A stretch of 64,000 bases of DNA from Phoronis australis (lineage: Eukaryota; Animalia; Phoronida): positions 95,310-159,309 of the forward strand of contig NMRA01000465.1 in NCBI GenBank assembly GCA_002633005.1, given 5' to 3'. The position numbers were made by a program, and so were the translations under genes. Shown here one piece after another: positions 63,201 through 64,000 of the stretch; position 1 is the stretch's first letter, and every line of letters starts with the position of its first letter. The notes under the pieces were generated by a model that saw nothing but the letters and a program-made list of their open reading frames with translations, was not told the origin of the DNA and made no database searches.

Positions 63201-63900
63201 TGCTGTAACGAGTTTATTGCGAAAATTCTCCAGATCGTTTAATAAAAAACAAAACGTGTTTTGTATGCGGATGGATGAAAAATAACTACTCAATATTCGG
63301 TTTCTTGGGACTTAAATACAAAACCAATGATGATAAAAGATTGCAAAGACAACACAACCAAAGAACAAAACATTAATCATAACAAGTCTACGTACCTTCA
63401 ATACACTCTTTACATGTCCAATGTCCGACTTCATTCTGGTAGAAACCATTTGGACATCTAGTGGGAGTCTCTGTGTTCACTAGACAGTAGTGACCAACTG
63501 GACACCTATAGTCAAATGGTGTAGGGGTGGTCTGTCCAGGGGGGCAATAATAGCCCCTACTACACTGATCAGTCACAGCACTGGCCCCTGACTCATTACA
63601 GTAGAACCCAGCAGTACATGGGGAGCACTCAGACTGTGAGCGCAAGTTGAGGCCGGCATTAAACGTTCCATTACGGCATGGGAGTGGTAGATCACTGCCT
63701 ACAGGGCAGTAATGACCGTTCGGACAGTCCACCTCCCGGGGCTGCTCTGATCCAGTAGGGCAGTACCAGCCAGCGTCACAATCGGCGACAGGCAAGGCCA
63801 GACCACTGATGTTACAGAACTTGCCAGCGGTGCAGTTTTGCATTTCCCATGATCCTTTGGGGCAGAAGAAACGAGGCTGGCACTCACCACCAGTGGAGTC
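27232..63900 (-). CDS. Giant Cys-rich (GCC2/GCC3, ephrin-receptor-like repeat) single-pass membrane protein with very long cytoplasmic coiled-coil region; 5'-incomplete
   Basis: 40 phase-consistent exons totalling 11352 nt, listed 5'->3': 63396-63900, 62769-63000, 61816-62015, 60757-61053, 57461-57661, 56188-56445, 55526-55738, 55005-55148, 54061-54418, 53677-53828, 52880-53002, 51390-51635, 50653-50876, 50106-50267, 49157-49562, 48614-48752, 47998-48160, 47445-47633 (TM), 46379-46580, 45480-45874, 44289-44559, 43159-43386, 42180-42758, 41628-41813, 41069-41239, 38803-40820, 38240-38488, 37345-37578, 35200-35370, 34580-34735, 33946-34218, 32734-33062, 32330-32483, 30974-31279, 30521-30689, 29903-30294, 29178-29387, 28511-28656, 28017-28131, 27232-27417 (TGA). 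Repeats are of the form CPxGxYCP..PxPCPxGT(F/Y)N..C..C. Confidence 0.9.
33167..33283. repeat. 10/12 bp tandem repeat GTAGAGCTAT(AT)
   Basis: About 11 near-perfect units, intronic. Confidence 0.9.
33530..33920. repeat. ~32 bp minisatellite
   Basis: About 12 degenerate units of CCCTCACACAGAGCCCCTGCTTACTACATGA next to the donor of exon 33946-34218. Confidence 0.8.
34922..35071. mobile_element. PIF/Harbinger-like MITE
   Basis: TIRs GGCCCAGTTGCATAAAAG / CTTTATGCAACTCAGCC, flanked by CTG and CAG (CWG-type target). Confidence 0.7.
37759..37868. mobile_element. Small MITE
   Basis: TIRs GAAGCTAACGACGCAAATGAT / ATCATTTGAGTCGTTAGCTTC. Confidence 0.6.
38803..40820 (-). CDS. Largest exon (2018 nt) of the giant gene; coiled-coil cytoplasmic segment
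   Basis: TTTCAG acceptor and GTAAAC donor; E/K/R/L-rich helical sequence matching ORF 38779-40806. Confidence 0.9.
46766..47283. mobile_element. hAT-like non-autonomous element
   Basis: TIRs CAGGGCTTGGAAT / ATTCCAAGCCT; subterminal CGCGGAAAT motifs; degenerate 8 bp flanks CTAAACAC / CAAAACAT; CpG-rich relative to the host intron. Confidence 0.65.
47445..47633 (-). CDS. Transmembrane exon of the giant gene
   Basis: APDWAVIFILLASILIVMILVVVAL|VLFRKYGWGK: hydrophobic helix followed by basic residues in the next exon. Confidence 0.85.
48295..48645. repeat. 41 bp minisatellite made from an exon end plus its 5' splice site
   Basis: About 8 units; the minus-strand unit GTCACCAATAACTATTGCCCAGTCTATGACAA|GTAAGTGTCA matches the end of exon 48614-48752. 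Confidence 0.85.
49894..50041 (+). mobile_element. Non-autonomous DNA transposon (CAGTGGCGGAT TIR family), copy 4
   Basis: CAGTGGCGGATCCAGG ... TAAATCTGTCACTG, with a small internal deletion relative to copy 1. Confidence 0.75.
53015..53275. repeat. ~43-50 bp minisatellite
   Basis: 5-6 units of CACATTCATATCAGCACCCAGTAATGTAACTTATAACTGATGAGACTA. Confidence 0.8.
54430..54650. repeat. ~72-76 bp degenerate tandem repeat (3 units)
   Basis: GCAGTTATC.TTTACTGGTGTAT.AAGTTG.CTATATG.TGGCG.CATC.AGTGAT repeated three times. Confidence 0.7.
56500..56925. repeat. 24 bp minisatellite
   Basis: About 17 units of AACTACACTTTGATATCATCA(T/C)CT; the n at 56823 means the true length is unknown. Confidence 0.95.
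58827..60245 (+). CDS. Nested antisense gene: small single-pass transmembrane protein with Tyr-motif cytoplasmic tail, 178 aa
   Basis: join(58827,59072-59165,59804-60245). A|GTGAGT..TTTTTTTCAG|TG creates the ATG; AG|GTAATG..TACTTTCAG|G links the TM exon (LILGTLGGLAGGCILSAVVAMVIT) to the 147-codon open last exon. Lies wholly within intron 57662-60756 of the giant gene. Confidence 0.65.
61557..61668. mobile_element. ~110 bp hairpin MITE, copy 2
   Basis: GGGTAATAGTCGGACATAACATGCC..TTTTGAGAACCAGTTT / AAACTGGTTCTCAAAA..GGCACGTTATGTCCCACTATTACCC. Confidence 0.75.
62391..62664. mobile_element. Palindromic tRNA-derived hairpin element, copy 2, containing a full tRNA-like unit (62512-62585)
   Basis: ~107 bp inverted arms; A-box TGGCTCAGTGG 62520-62530; stem-loop TCTGC-ACGATTA-GCAGA; B-box-like GGTTGAGTCCC; opposed 3' half with GTTCGAGTC; direct repeat ATATCAGACTTT at 62374-62385 and 62714-62725. 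Confidence 0.8.
63058..63215. repeat. ~33 bp tandem repeat
   Basis: 4-5 units of CATAGAACCAAGAGGCATTATGCTGTAAACAGTT. Confidence 0.75.
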
Positions 63901-64000
63901 CTGAAAGTGTCAGTCAGTGTCATAGAAGAGTAAGGAAGTATGGAATTCAAAACCATTCCCAGAGTAAATAGAGAAAATCTGTGAGTTTTTAAATCTTACA

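Noticed and set aside
1-64000. Prokaryotic operon, defence system or prophage
   Set aside because: Coding sequence is split by spliceosomal introns throughout; there are no long intronless gene clusters.

Overview
This is intron-rich animal genomic DNA, roughly 39% GC by eye and probably from a marine invertebrate; the species cannot be determined from the sequence. Most entries in the ORF track are exon fragments or noise, so I rebuilt four spliced genes by hand from splice sites and phase continuity. (1) A + strand zona pellucida (ZP)-domain type I membrane protein at 1305-16106. (2) A two-exon + strand gene for a single C2H2 zinc finger with a KHLWEH motif at 20284-22018, behind an E2F/NRF1/E-box/CCAAT promoter. 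(3) The 3' 40 exons (3783 aa, 5' end outside the window) of a giant - strand receptor-like protein at 27232-63900. It has Cys-rich GCC2/GCC3 (ephrin-receptor-like) repeats, an RRRLL site, one TM helix and a ~2380 aa cytoplasmic region with DPxTG repeats, coiled coils and a terminal zincin-like HSLAH domain. (4) A 178 aa tyrosine-motif transmembrane-adaptor-like gene nested antisense in an intron of gene 3 (58827-60245). The introns hold many MITEs, two palindromic tRNA-derived hairpin elements, LINE, SINE and Gypsy relics, and minisatellites, several copied from exon ends. Three single-'n' tandem duplications look like haplotype or scaffolding artefacts.
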